This document shows, in pieces, positions 48,617-57,736 of a stretch of DNA of 64,000 nucleotides; positions within the stretch are counted from its first letter, which is position 1; every line of letters begins with the position of its first letter. Below the pieces are notes generated by a model, which saw only the letters and a program-made list of their open reading frames with translations, was not told where the DNA came from and made no database searches. The translations under genes and the position numbers were made by a program. Source of the DNA: Escherichia phage vB_EcoM_E9.1; sequence record PP886230. One strand, given 5' to 3'.

Positions 48617-49756
48617 TTATTTCCACGGTAGAAGTGAATCAGGAACCCTTGTTGGTACAGTAGTTGAAGACATTCCAGTAAGATTGGGTACACCACATGT
48701 GTATAAATTATTATATTCGTCAACTAACATCGTATAAGAATAGCTCTTACAAAAACTACTAAGATTACTACCTTCTAATGCAGTAAGATCCATTTCAGCG
48801 AATGATGTTATATACATATCAGTTGTACCAATACCACATTGACCATTTGAATTAAGGCCACATGAAAATAACTTATTATTATTATTAATTATACAGGATG
48901 GTCCGGTAAGGTTTGTCCCAAGCTCACCCACCAACTCCACTTCTCCTTGGAATGATAAATTTGGAATTAATGTACTCATTGGGGCTACTGACCTATTTCC
49001 TGTACCTGCTTGTCCATAGTCGTTAATAGATGCAACTTTAACATTACCATCATTAAGAAATATATAAGAAGTTTCATTTGTATTGACTGCTTTAATTGCA
49101 TTACTAATCGAAGTATCTTGTGTAAATGTGAGCAAGTTTTGTGTCGTCGTTCCTGATACAAACGTTCTACCTGCATACCAATATGAACCATCATTTAGTA
49201 CTAATCCAGTACTATATATTGCACAACCAGCACTGATAACATTTTCTATTGTACTATAGGTGAATCGTGAAACGCTTGAAGTTGATCCATTCCCAAAAAC
49301 ACCACCAGTACCAGCACCACAGTAGAACCACTTTCCATTTTTTAAAAATACACGCATACACGAAGATATCACAACACTATCAATATCATCTGCACTGACA
49401 CCGAAATCAGTAAAGTTCTGTGTTATATCAACCCAAACGCCGTTAGTGTTTGAAGATAGTATTGGAATAACAGTACGTCTACCAGTGTACCAAATAGTAC
49501 CATCTTTCTTTATAGCAATTGTTCCTTGTACCCCACCCCAATATCGTGTAACATTTGAGTTGACAAGAGTCCATTCAGTTGAAGAGTCCAATGAACCATT
49601 ACCACTTTGTCCATATGCTGAAGAACCAAACCAATATAGATTGCCATTTGTGTGTAAATAAAATTTGGCATCAGCAGAACATTGTAACCTGTTTTTAGGT
49701 AGAATCAGTTCAGGTGCGATATTCCCGTACTTAACCATTCTTGCAAAAGGTAACAT
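48617..49756 (-). CDS. RCC1-like repeat protein, array member 5
   Basis: ~380 aa from MLPFARMVKYGNIAP (track start 49918 runs through the control element); motifs YGQSGNGS, NGQCGIGT, YGQAGTGN. Confidence 0.8.
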   Translation of the reverse strand: MLPFARMVKYGNIAPELILPKNRLQCSADAKFYLHTNGNLYWFGSSAYGQSGNGSLDSSTEWTLVNSNVTRYWGGVQGTIAIKKDGTIWYTGRRTVIPILSSNTNGVWVDITQNFTDFGVSADDIDSVVISSCMRVFLKNGKWFYCGAGTGGVFGNGSTSSVSRFTYSTIENVISAGCAIYSTGLVLNDGSYWYAGRTFVSGTTTQNLLTFTQDTSISNAIKAVNTNETSYIFLNDGNVKVASINDYGQAGTGNRSVAPMSTLIPNLSFQGEVELVGELGTNLTGPSCIINNNNKLFSCGLNSNGQCGIGTTDMYITSFAEMDLTALEGSNLSSFCKSYSYTMLVDEYNNLYTCGVPNLTGMSSTTVPTRVPDSLLPWK

Positions 49757-49826
49757 ATTCCCTCCTTTATTTGTTATACTATATTTAATACAAATAAGAA
49801 AGCCAGTACAGTGTACTGGCATTATG
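49757..49826 (-). promoter_or_regulatory. array control element
   Basis: Near-identical copy. Confidence 0.6.
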
Positions 49827-50936
49827 TTATTTTGGTAAATCAATTTTAGTAAAGACTGCAACATCCTCGATTGCACCTGGAATGGCGTAATACGATCCAG
49901 TACTATACACATCTCCATTTTTGGTTAATATCGATGTCAAACCATCACTAAAAAGAACATCCCTAATCTCACTAACTTCAACGGGTAATTGTAAATTGGT
50001 AGCACTATATATAGCACCAGTTTGAGAATTGTTTAATCCCAAACCACGGTTCGCCCCAACACCCTTCTGATATGTACTAGTAATTACCATTTGTGTAGCA
50101 GTATTTAAGGCAGGTGAATTCGTCATAAACAATGGAGAACTATTAGGCAAAGTACTTACAGGAACTGCACGGAATGTAGTCGTACCTGAACTAAGAAAGT
50201 TTGGAGTTTGACCACATACGAAATATGATGTACCATTATAGTAATTTAATGCATTACCACCAATGGCTGCATCGATTACACCAGAACTACGCAATCCCCA
50301 AGTGTTAATTTGTGTTTGGTTCCCCGTACCATGCTGCCCACTACTATTCCATCCAGAACTATATAGCTTATTATCTAATGTAAGATACATACTATCATTC
50401 GCATTGGTCATTACTTTACGAACGTTCGTAGCACATTGAGTTAATGTGTAAATTGATGAGGAACCAATACCCAAAGAACCACGATATCCATTATCTCCTG
50501 CACCATAGAGTACTGAATTAGTGCTAAGTACAAATATTAAACCATTTGTACATACAATATTAGCAATTTCACTTACTGGTATAGCATTGGTAAACCAATT
50601 AGTTCTTTCAACTAATACAGTACTGTAAGAAGTAGTTGTAGAAGATGAGAACCAGTACGTTTGACCTGATGTCCATATCGTATTATCATTTTTAATAATA
50701 ACAAGTGTACGATCACCCACGAAAAAATTAGAAACATCTGCACTTACTAATGTCCACGAAGACACCGTGTTGGTATTACCATTTCCAGATTCACCACCTT
50801 GATTTCTACCTATGTAATATAAATCATGTGAATCAGTCAATAAGAATTGGCCTTGGGTAGAAGCACCAACTTTAATTATTTTTTTAGGACCAGGGACAAT
50901 ATTTCCATACCTAATCATTCTTCCAAAAGGTAACAT
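49827..50936 (-). CDS. RCC1-like repeat protein, array member 4
   Basis: ~370 aa from MLPFGRMIRYGNIVP; motifs GGESGNGN, SGQHGTGN; start 8 nt after upstream stop, with AGGAGG inside the end of the upstream gene. Confidence 0.75.
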   Translation of the reverse strand: MLPFGRMIRYGNIVPGPKKIIKVGASTQGQFLLTDSHDLYYIGRNQGGESGNGNTNTVSSWTLVSADVSNFFVGDRTLVIIKNDNTIWTSGQTYWFSSSTTTSYSTVLVERTNWFTNAIPVSEIANIVCTNGLIFVLSTNSVLYGAGDNGYRGSLGIGSSSIYTLTQCATNVRKVMTNANDSMYLTLDNKLYSSGWNSSGQHGTGNQTQINTWGLRSSGVIDAAIGGNALNYYNGTSYFVCGQTPNFLSSGTTTFRAVPVSTLPNSSPLFMTNSPALNTATQMVITSTYQKGVGANRGLGLNNSQTGAIYSATNLQLPVEVSEIRDVLFSDGLTSILTKNGDVYSTGSYYAIPGAIEDVAVFTKIDLPK

Positions 50937-50944
50937 ATTCCCTC

Positions 50945-52147
50945 CTATTGTTGCCATAACTGCGTTGGCATTAATGTTAGTGTAGTAATACTATAAGTGC
51001 CATCTGGCAATCTACCACCATTTCCATTCCAGCCACCACATGCATATAATTTATAATCTTTAGTAATTATTATGGTTCTGCTCCAATCTTTAGATGCCAT
51101 AAGAACATTGTCATAACCACCACTTATTGCACTAAGATTAAAAATATTCCAAGTTCTAACTAATGTATTAGTTCCATTACCTTCTTGACCATATGAGTTA
51201 GCACCACTACTTCTAACATATGGTGCGTATTGTGCCATAGGTGCACCAATTGATGCATTTCCCATATTACTTGGACAAATAAAAGTACTGTACTTACTTA
51301 CATCAACCGTGACCGATGTGTTCCTAATTGGTGTTAGCTGATTTACCGATGTAGTCGTACCATTACCAGCTTGTCCAGAACTGTTAGCCCCGCTATAATA
51401 TACAGACCCACCAGTAGTAAACCACCAAGTAACATCGTATGTAGTACTAATATGTTCTACATTACTAATCACGAATTTGTTCAAATATACAACAGAACTA
51501 CCACCACATCCACTTTCACCAAAGTTATCCTTACCACAAAACCATGCATCTTTATTTGATTTGATATAGTGCGTTCCTTGTAATGAACATGCCATATGTG
51601 TAACTTCACCCATATTAGTCATAACTGTGAGTGTAGGGATGGAATTTTTATTCCCAGAGCCACATTCACCATTAGTATTTCTTCCACACGCAATTACTCT
51701 ACCATCGGTTAATAATATTCTAGTACTTTCACCTATATATACACTCTTGATCATATTAGCCATAACACCTATTTTATTAAATGCAACAGTAACATCAGTC
51801 CATGTTGTCAAATAACCATTAACAGGTGTTGCATCTCCATAATCAGAAAATGCACCCACAGACCCAGTGTAGTATATTTTATTATCCAAATCAATCATCA
51901 ATGAACCTTGAACACCAAGCCAAAAGGCTGCACAGTTCCTTGCAAGTACTGTAAATGACGAAACTGCTGCTGAATTCCCAAGACCAAATTGATAAAAGTT
52001 ATTACTACCATAACCATATAAAGTATTAGTTGGGTTATGGAGATACATACAGTTTGTATAATGTTGTTGTAAAACATCTGAGAACTCTACAGGTTCTGGA
52101 CCTGGTGCAATATTTGCGTACTTAACCATTCTTCCAAAAGGTAACAT
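50945..52147 (-). CDS. RCC1-like repeat protein, array member 3
   Basis: 400 aa; leader MLPFGRMVKYANIAP; motifs FYQFGLGNS, NGECGSGN, SGQAGNGT, YGQEGNGT. Confidence 0.8.
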   Translation of the reverse strand: MLPFGRMVKYANIAPGPEPVEFSDVLQQHYTNCMYLHNPTNTLYGYGSNNFYQFGLGNSAAVSSFTVLARNCAAFWLGVQGSLMIDLDNKIYYTGSVGAFSDYGDATPVNGYLTTWTDVTVAFNKIGVMANMIKSVYIGESTRILLTDGRVIACGRNTNGECGSGNKNSIPTLTVMTNMGEVTHMACSLQGTHYIKSNKDAWFCGKDNFGESGCGGSSVVYLNKFVISNVEHISTTYDVTWWFTTGGSVYYSGANSSGQAGNGTTTSVNQLTPIRNTSVTVDVSKYSTFICPSNMGNASIGAPMAQYAPYVRSSGANSYGQEGNGTNTLVRTWNIFNLSAISGGYDNVLMASKDWSRTIIITKDYKLYACGGWNGNGGRLPDGTYSITTLTLMPTQLWQQ

Positions 52148-52218
52148 ATTTCCCTCCTTTATTCATTATACTATATTTAATACAAAAAGAAATGCCAGTA
52201 TCAAGTACTGGCATAATA
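52148..52218 (-). promoter_or_regulatory. array control element
   Basis: Near-identical copy. Confidence 0.6.
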
Positions 52219-53397
52219 TTATCGGTTAAATTTAAAATCTGTTATGTGTGTCCATGTATGATTTAATGGGGTACTCATTGGTGTAAAGCCAGCAGGGTCT
52301 GACAAAGCTGTACCACGTGCGTACATAAATTGATTGCCAGTACAATCCATTATAGCATAAGAACGTGTTGCTGTGCCACATTTGAACCCAACTGCACTAC
52401 TTGGGGTCGGTAATACTTCAAATGTAGGTGCATTTGAACTACCACCCCCATCTTTTGTTCCAGCTATGTACAGAACTCCATTAGTATCAATGATTAAGTT
52501 AGTCCAATATGCTTGTTCTCGACCAGCATAAAAATATGTTAAATCACCGGGTACAAATGGTAACGTTCCTTTATATATTGTAGTATTAACATTCACTGGT
52601 GCACCAGCTACACCCCATGAACTCATATAGTTTCTCCCACTTGAGTAGAATGTAGTTCCTTTACCGTAAAGTATTAATGTTGCTTGACTTGTTCGCATTG
52701 CATTATATTCAAACTCAGGATCATCAGTAGCGTCCTTAAAAATCTGTGTCCATGTTGTTATATTACCAGTAGTCGTAACACCCATTTGATAATAATAATT
52801 ATCACCAGTAGCATAGAATTCTTTAGGGCCAGTTTGTACAATTGCATTCCCATTAGTTAACCAAAAATCTAATGTATTAGTCTTGATCTTGGTTGGTGTG
52901 TAATTCGCCACGGTATTTCCTTTTCCGAAATAACCATTAGCGTTATTTCCATGACCCCATAAATCACCATTAGTTGTGCGTAGGAATAATGTACCAGTAT
53001 TGAATCCAACTTTTTCTATAGTACTTATGTCAATACCAACAGTCGTGTACTTCGTTGTAAAATCTTGAAAAGTACTCCAATAATTAGATGAACCATTAAA
53101 CATGGTTTGTCTACCAGTGTACTTCACTTTATTATCGTTAGTGATAAGTAATGTCCCCCACACTGACGCGAACATTAACTTAACATTTTCCATAACAAAG
53201 TATGGCTTACCGTATGCTGACGCGGTAGTGTTTAAACCTAATAGTTGTCCATCATTACTACAACCCCATACTTCGCCGTTATCCAAAAGCATCAACATAG
53301 TAGGTTTGCCGGATGATACATCCAAAAAGAAATCTTTTGGTGTTGGTACGCCCGGTGCTTCATTTCCATAATTCAACATTCTTCCAAAAGGTAACAT
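52219..53397 (-). CDS. RCC1-like (divergent) repeat protein, array member 2
   Basis: 392 aa; leader MLPFGRMLNYGNEAP; weaker repeat motifs (ANGYFGKGN). Confidence 0.7.
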   Translation of the reverse strand: MLPFGRMLNYGNEAPGVPTPKDFFLDVSSGKPTMLMLLDNGEVWGCSNDGQLLGLNTTASAYGKPYFVMENVKLMFASVWGTLLITNDNKVKYTGRQTMFNGSSNYWSTFQDFTTKYTTVGIDISTIEKVGFNTGTLFLRTTNGDLWGHGNNANGYFGKGNTVANYTPTKIKTNTLDFWLTNGNAIVQTGPKEFYATGDNYYYQMGVTTTGNITTWTQIFKDATDDPEFEYNAMRTSQATLILYGKGTTFYSSGRNYMSSWGVAGAPVNVNTTIYKGTLPFVPGDLTYFYAGREQAYWTNLIIDTNGVLYIAGTKDGGGSSNAPTFEVLPTPSSAVGFKCGTATRSYAIMDCTGNQFMYARGTALSDPAGFTPMSTPLNHTWTHITDFKFNR

Positions 53398-53466
53398 AGT
53401 TCCTCCTTTATCATTATACTATATTTAATACAAATAAGAAAGCCAGTATCAAGTACTGGCATCGTA
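53398..53466 (-). promoter_or_regulatory. array control element
   Basis: Near-identical copy. Confidence 0.6.
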
Positions 53467-54576
53467 TTACTTGGGTAATGGAATTGTGGTCCATCTATTT
53501 GCGGCAACGTCACCTGGTACATATGTAGGACTACCACTTACAGCAATAGTTTCATTACCATCATATACAACACTGAAGTTTGTGCACGTATACAACGCTG
53601 CGGCATCTGGATTGTAATTTTCAAGTGTTAGTGTATTGGTGAACAAATTCAATGCAGTAGTTGAGCCGTTTTTACCATATGCACCTGTAGTATATATCTT
53701 TCCTTCTGTTGTTGAGTACATATTAACATATGACCCAGATGATGATTTAGCAATTTTATCTATCTTGCTATCTATTGTTTTAGAGTTAAATTGAAATGGA
53801 TATACCTGTACGTTAGTATCTAAACCATTTCCCAGTTCCCCATTTAACTGCCACCCTGTGTGGTACATTCCCGCATTTGTATATGCAAGCGTACTATACG
53901 CATTACCACCCATTATTTTAGTGCCAGATAATTTTAAACCAAACGATGTCCACTTACCAGTTTCATTTCCTATGGAACCATAAGCACTTGTACCACACGC
54001 ACGAAGCTCGCCATTTGACGTTAGAAGCACTGTATTATTAACGTTACCAAATATATCAATAACCTGATTAGTGCCATTATTCAGTACTGAAGTAAAAGTA
54101 CTCTGTGAGTAAGTACTACCTGAACCAACAGAACCATTTGTGTTCATACCTCTTCCATATACAATTTTACCATCAGCACTAACATAGTGCATTGAATCAA
54201 AACCAATGGATATCATTTTAATATCAGATATATCTGGAAATGAAGAAGTTACATCTACTCCACCTAGTGGAATTGTATTATTTCCTAAACCTAATGAGAC
54301 ATTAGTTCCGTGCATTATAAATTTATCTTCTTTAAAATATAAAATATTATATCCACCAGCCCATGCATTATTAACGCCATTTGTAATCAGTACCCATTTA
54401 TTTTGTGTAGTAGTTCCAGTAATATTTAACTGTTGATAGTTATTGATTCCACAACCATATAGCGATCCATCACCATATAGTACATATAAATTATCATATC
54501 CTGCAATAACTTTCTTTATTTTTTTGGGTACAGGTGCTACATTCCCATACTTTAACATTCTTCCAAAAGGTAACAT
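53467..54576 (-). CDS. RCC1-like repeat protein, array member 1
   Basis: 369 aa; leader MLPFGRMLKYGNVAP; motifs NGSVGSGS, NGELGNGL. Confidence 0.75.
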   Translation of the reverse strand: MLPFGRMLKYGNVAPVPKKIKKVIAGYDNLYVLYGDGSLYGCGINNYQQLNITGTTTQNKWVLITNGVNNAWAGGYNILYFKEDKFIMHGTNVSLGLGNNTIPLGGVDVTSSFPDISDIKMISIGFDSMHYVSADGKIVYGRGMNTNGSVGSGSTYSQSTFTSVLNNGTNQVIDIFGNVNNTVLLTSNGELRACGTSAYGSIGNETGKWTSFGLKLSGTKIMGGNAYSTLAYTNAGMYHTGWQLNGELGNGLDTNVQVYPFQFNSKTIDSKIDKIAKSSSGSYVNMYSTTEGKIYTTGAYGKNGSTTALNLFTNTLTLENYNPDAAALYTCTNFSVVYDGNETIAVSGSPTYVPGDVAANRWTTIPLPK

Positions 54577-54625
54577 TATTTTCTCCTTTATTCATTATAT
54601 CATATTTACCTCCTAACGAAAACCC

Positions 54626-54654
54626 TTGACATTCTTTCAGTACTGGTGTACTAT
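54626..54654 (+). promoter_or_regulatory. sigma70-type promoter driving the plus-strand small-gene array
   Basis: TTGACA, 17-nt spacer containing CAGTACTG, TG-extended TACTAT, then AAGGAG and ATG 54680; back-to-back with the first array gene. Confidence 0.55.
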
Positions 54655-54679
54655 AGAAGGAATATAAGGAGAACTACAC

Positions 54680-54907
54680 ATGACAAATACTCTTAAGTAC
54701 TACCTCAATACTCTAAATGAACTAGAGTACGGGGAATTTCTCGCGGATAGTTCGTGGCTAATTGAGCTAAAAAATTATAATAGTCCAGGATGCACCCTTA
54801 TGATGAACAATGCAATTGATACCCTCATTGTGAGTATTTTACACAGCAACATCTGCGGGGATAGCAATAAACAATTATCAAAAATCTTAGTACTGCTATC
54901 TATATGA
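54680..54907 (+). CDS. array-S small protein (first member, divergent)
   Basis: ORF 75 aa; N-terminal YY..L motif; hydrophobic C-terminal tail. Confidence 0.5.
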   Translation: MTNTLKYYLNTLNELEYGEFLADSSWLIELKNYNSPGCTLMMNNAIDTLIVSILHSNICGDSNKQLSKILVLLSI

Positions 54908-55107
54908 ATATCGAACAGTACTACATCGATGCACTACCAACAAAAGGTCTACGTGAAAGCCTACTGCATACACAAACTAATTTCAAACACCTCAAACGTA
55001 GCCCTAAACTCCTGAACTCGTACAGGAATAATAACATAAGAAATGCTTTACAAGGGGTAGAATGTATGCAATACTATTACATCCTTACCCTATTAATCGA
55101 GTACTAA
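54904..55107 (+). CDS. array-S small paralog
   Basis: ORF 67 aa; MNIEQYYIDALP..YYYILTLLIEY. Confidence 0.55.
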   Translation: MNIEQYYIDALPTKGLRESLLHTQTNFKHLKRSPKLLNSYRNNNIRNALQGVECMQYYYILTLLIEY

Positions 55108-55108
55108 T

Positions 55109-55318
55109 ATGAATACTGAACATAAAGAATTCTACACCAAATACCTTAGCAACGAAGAACAATTGTTTCTAAGGAGTGTATCACCTGTAAGTACCAATAC
55201 TCAATTCGGTAGAGATTGCTTTAATAATTGTATACGTAGTACTCTAGAAGCAATCGAATGCAATAACAAAAATATTATGTACTCAGGTTTAATAGGACTA
55301 ATATATTTCTATGAATAA
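55109..55318 (+). CDS. array-S small paralog
   Basis: ORF 69 aa; MNTEHKEFYTKYLS..GLIGLIYFYE; closest to ORF 58690. Confidence 0.6.
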   Translation: MNTEHKEFYTKYLSNEEQLFLRSVSPVSTNTQFGRDCFNNCIRSTLEAIECNNKNIMYSGLIGLIYFYE

Positions 55319-55505
55319 TCATAAAGATTTCTATTGTAGTAAACTACCCAAACAAGAACAGCTATCATTCTCTTTAGCACCACCTATGAGAAAGGATAAT
55401 CTGTATTATAATTACGATTTCAGGATGGTGACACGTTATGCAATAGAACATCAGTTCCCTGAAACTAAGTACCGCTCTATCCTGAACCTCATCTTTAAGT
55501 TCTAA
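55311..55505 (+). CDS. array-S small paralog
   Basis: ORF 64 aa; MNNHKDFYCSKLP..LNLIFKF. Confidence 0.55.
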   Translation: MNNHKDFYCSKLPKQEQLSFSLAPPMRKDNLYYNYDFRMVTRYAIEHQFPETKYRSILNLIFKF

Positions 55506-55557
55506 AAGGTACACCAGGGACCGAGTACTTTAATATAGTAAGGCTAATTACATTATA

Positions 55558-55743
55558 ATGAATCATATAAGCTACTACTACCAACAACTATCCGACAGAG
55601 ACAAGTACAGTCACAACTCCCATGTGTGGTACTACAAACGCGGCAGTATAAGAGACAAACAACATTACTTCTGTATTTCTATTAAAGAAGCACTGACAAC
55701 TAAGTACACGTACCGAGCAGTACTTAAACTTATTGAAATGTAA
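55558..55743 (+). CDS. array-S small paralog
   Basis: ORF 61 aa; ..KYTYRAVLKLIEM. Confidence 0.55.
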   Translation: MNHISYYYQQLSDRDKYSHNSHVWYYKRGSIRDKQHYFCISIKEALTTKYTYRAVLKLIEM

Positions 55744-55753
55744 AGAGAATACT

Positions 55754-55936
55754 ATGAACATTGAATTGTACTTAAGTAAATTACAGCCTGGCGATAGATT
55801 CATCTACAATAAGTTCGAATTCAACTACAAGAACGGGAGCAACAAATATCGTCGAGGATACCTATATACAAGCACAAGAGATGCACAAAACGAAAAGTAC
55901 ACATACAGAGAAGTACTTAAACTAATCTCTATTTGA
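55754..55936 (+). CDS. array-S small paralog
   Basis: ~60 aa from MNIELYLSKL; ..EKYTYREVLKLISI. Confidence 0.55.
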   Translation: MNIELYLSKLQPGDRFIYNKFEFNYKNGSNKYRRGYLYTSTRDAQNEKYTYREVLKLISI

Positions 55937-55944
55937 GGTAATAT

Positions 55945-56130
55945 ATGAATACATTTGAGTACTATACCAATAAACTATCTATGCCTGAAAGATCTCATCT
56001 CTATGTGTGGAGAAATGCGTATAAAAGCGGCAATAAACTTATACAAAGAAATTCCCTTACAGTGTGTACAAATTTAATTAAAGCAGAGTACCGCACATAT
56101 ATTGAAGTACTCAAACTGATAGCAATATAA
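55945..56130 (+). CDS. array-S small paralog
   Basis: ORF 61 aa; MNTFEYYTNKLS..YIEVLKLIAI. Confidence 0.6.
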   Translation: MNTFEYYTNKLSMPERSHLYVWRNAYKSGNKLIQRNSLTVCTNLIKAEYRTYIEVLKLIAI

Positions 56131-56138
56131 GGTACTCT

Positions 56139-56318
56139 ATGCAAGAATTCTATATCTATAACCTCCAGCACAAAGATAGATACAACTATAATAAATTCCA
56201 AAGGTACTACACAGTCGGGAACAAAAGAGATAAAAAACGTTATCTACTCTCGTGTACAGTAGAAGCACAAAACGAAAAGTACACGTACAGAGAAGTACTT
56301 AAACTAATCTCAATCTAA
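56139..56318 (+). CDS. array-S small paralog (59 aa, missed by the ORF track)
   Basis: MQEFYIYNLQ..EKYTYREVLKLISI; C-terminal 14 aa identical to ORF 55754. Confidence 0.55.
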   Translation: MQEFYIYNLQHKDRYNYNKFQRYYTVGNKRDKKRYLLSCTVEAQNEKYTYREVLKLISI

Positions 56319-56325
56319 GGTAGAC

Positions 56326-56514
56326 ATGAACACTTTTGAGTACTACTTCAATAAACTAAACCACATAGAACAAAGTATGCACCACACATTTATTCAGAAC
56401 CATCAATCATCTTCACCTCTAATTAAAAACATATCGATTGAGATTATCACTACCCGTGTACAGTCATCTGAACGTTATATGTATATTGATGTACTGAAAC
56501 TCATCTCTATGTAA
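56326..56514 (+). CDS. array-S small paralog
   Basis: ORF 62 aa; MNTFEYYFNKLN..YIDVLKLISM. Confidence 0.6.
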   Translation: MNTFEYYFNKLNHIEQSMHHTFIQNHQSSSPLIKNISIEIITTRVQSSERYMYIDVLKLISM

Positions 56515-56522
56515 GGAATACT

Positions 56523-56702
56523 ATGCAACAATTCTATAGAGAACACATAAGCATTAAAGACCGTTTCATGTACGACACCTTCGTGAAGTACTACAAACTA
56601 GGAACAAAAAGTACTAAAAATATTAATCTCAATAGCTGCATTTATGCTGTACTAACACAAGATAATCCCTACAGGGAAATCATTGCCCTGGCATCTATAT
56701 AA
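56523..56702 (+). CDS. array-S small paralog (59 aa, missed by the ORF track)
   Basis: MQQFYREHISIKDRFMYDTFVKYY..PYREIIALASI. Confidence 0.5.
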   Translation: MQQFYREHISIKDRFMYDTFVKYYKLGTKSTKNINLNSCIYAVLTQDNPYREIIALASI

Positions 56703-56712
56703 AGGAAACCAA

Positions 56713-57372
56713 ATGAAACTTAATCCACACAGCAAACAATACCTTAAGCACTTTAAATACCTCAACAGTATTCAAGCAGAATCTTTTACACCAGCATATA
56801 CGTATCACCCAAATGTACTAAAGAAACGAAATAAAAAGAAAAAATCCAGAAATGTTCTCGTATCTAAGAACCTCAAATCGTACTTGAAGAAAAATAATAT
56901 AGCTCTTGCTTTTATTAATATCTATAATACTGATTTAAAAGTATTGAGTACTAATACCAGCACAAAAGCACTAAAGAATGCATCTATCTATATACACATG
57001 GATAATATCCCGTGCACTATAATTCTATCTTTCGGGAATGTATACTTCTTCGGGAATTGTAATAGCACCCATGATATCAGTACTGCACAATTCCAAATCG
57101 GCGATATGTACTGCATGGGTTCAGAAAAAATACACGATAACATGCACTTCTTCCAAAAGCAACGTACTAACGAAACTGATACAGTACTGCAATTCCTAAA
57201 AGAACTACAAAACAAAGAATTAACACCAGAAGAAGAATTCATGTACAGTACTGTAATCGATAATCCAGAACTCTATAAAAACGCGTACAATCTAACAAAA
57301 CATGTACAGGAACTTATCAGTACTGATAAGAAATTTCATCACCTCATTACGTATATTTCAAACTATGTATAA
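56713..57372 (+). CDS. larger protein embedded in array-S
   Basis: ~219 aa from MKLNPHSKQYLKHFKYLN (track start 56683); basic N-terminus; unrelated to the 60-aa units by eye. Confidence 0.55.
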   Translation: MKLNPHSKQYLKHFKYLNSIQAESFTPAYTYHPNVLKKRNKKKKSRNVLVSKNLKSYLKKNNIALAFINIYNTDLKVLSTNTSTKALKNASIYIHMDNIPCTIILSFGNVYFFGNCNSTHDISTAQFQIGDMYCMGSEKIHDNMHFFQKQRTNETDTVLQFLKELQNKELTPEEEFMYSTVIDNPELYKNAYNLTKHVQELISTDKKFHHLITYISNYV

Positions 57373-57547
57373 AGAATACTACAAAGATAAAATCCCAATG
57401 CATCTACAACACCATATACCAAACGTTGCATTGGGTATCAAAGATCACGCAAAGATAATGTTCCAACAATGTACTAAGTACACGCTCATATACGATGATA
57501 ATCCATATATGCTGTACTACGTAGTAATGCTAACATTCAGGTACTAA
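57365..57547 (+). CDS. array-S small paralog
   Basis: ~60 aa from MYKEYYKDKIPMHLQHHIPNVALGI..VVMLTFRY. Confidence 0.55.
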   Translation: MYKEYYKDKIPMHLQHHIPNVALGIKDHAKIMFQQCTKYTLIYDDNPYMLYYVVMLTFRY

Positions 57548-57548
57548 T

Positions 57549-57728
57549 ATGAATACTTATAAAGAATTCTACCTCTCGTACCTTAATTCCGATATAGTAA
57601 CATCCAATACATTCAGTACTAAAATTATCTATAATGAATTAATGAAAGAATGTATTAAAGGTGCTATTAACCCTAAAGATACGTATGACTTGTACTATGC
57701 AGTACTAACCCTTGTTTTCACGAAATAA
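57549..57728 (+). CDS. array-S small paralog (59 aa, missed by the ORF track)
   Basis: MNTYKEFYLSYLNS..YYAVLTLVFTK; ATG one nt after previous stop. Confidence 0.5.
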   Translation: MNTYKEFYLSYLNSDIVTSNTFSTKIIYNELMKECIKGAINPKDTYDLYYAVLTLVFTK

Positions 57729-57736
57729 CACATAAT

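Noticed and set aside
44015-48723. Short minus-strand ORFs 44015-44248, 47264-47452, 48496-48723 containing ..PVHCTGFLICIKYSIMNKGG..
   Set aside because: The shared peptide is simply the in-frame translation of the conserved intergenic control element (hairpin, AT box and SD); it is regulatory DNA, not a conserved protein.
42357-53371. Plus-strand ORFs inside the RCC1 array (42357-42659, 44734-44979, 45512-45914, 47989-48315, 49446-49661, 51371-51815, 53102-53371, 54206-54436)
   Set aside because: Antisense to long, well-supported minus-strand genes; the 45367-45675 and 45512-45914 ORFs are just the complement or alternative frames of the glycine-rich gene.
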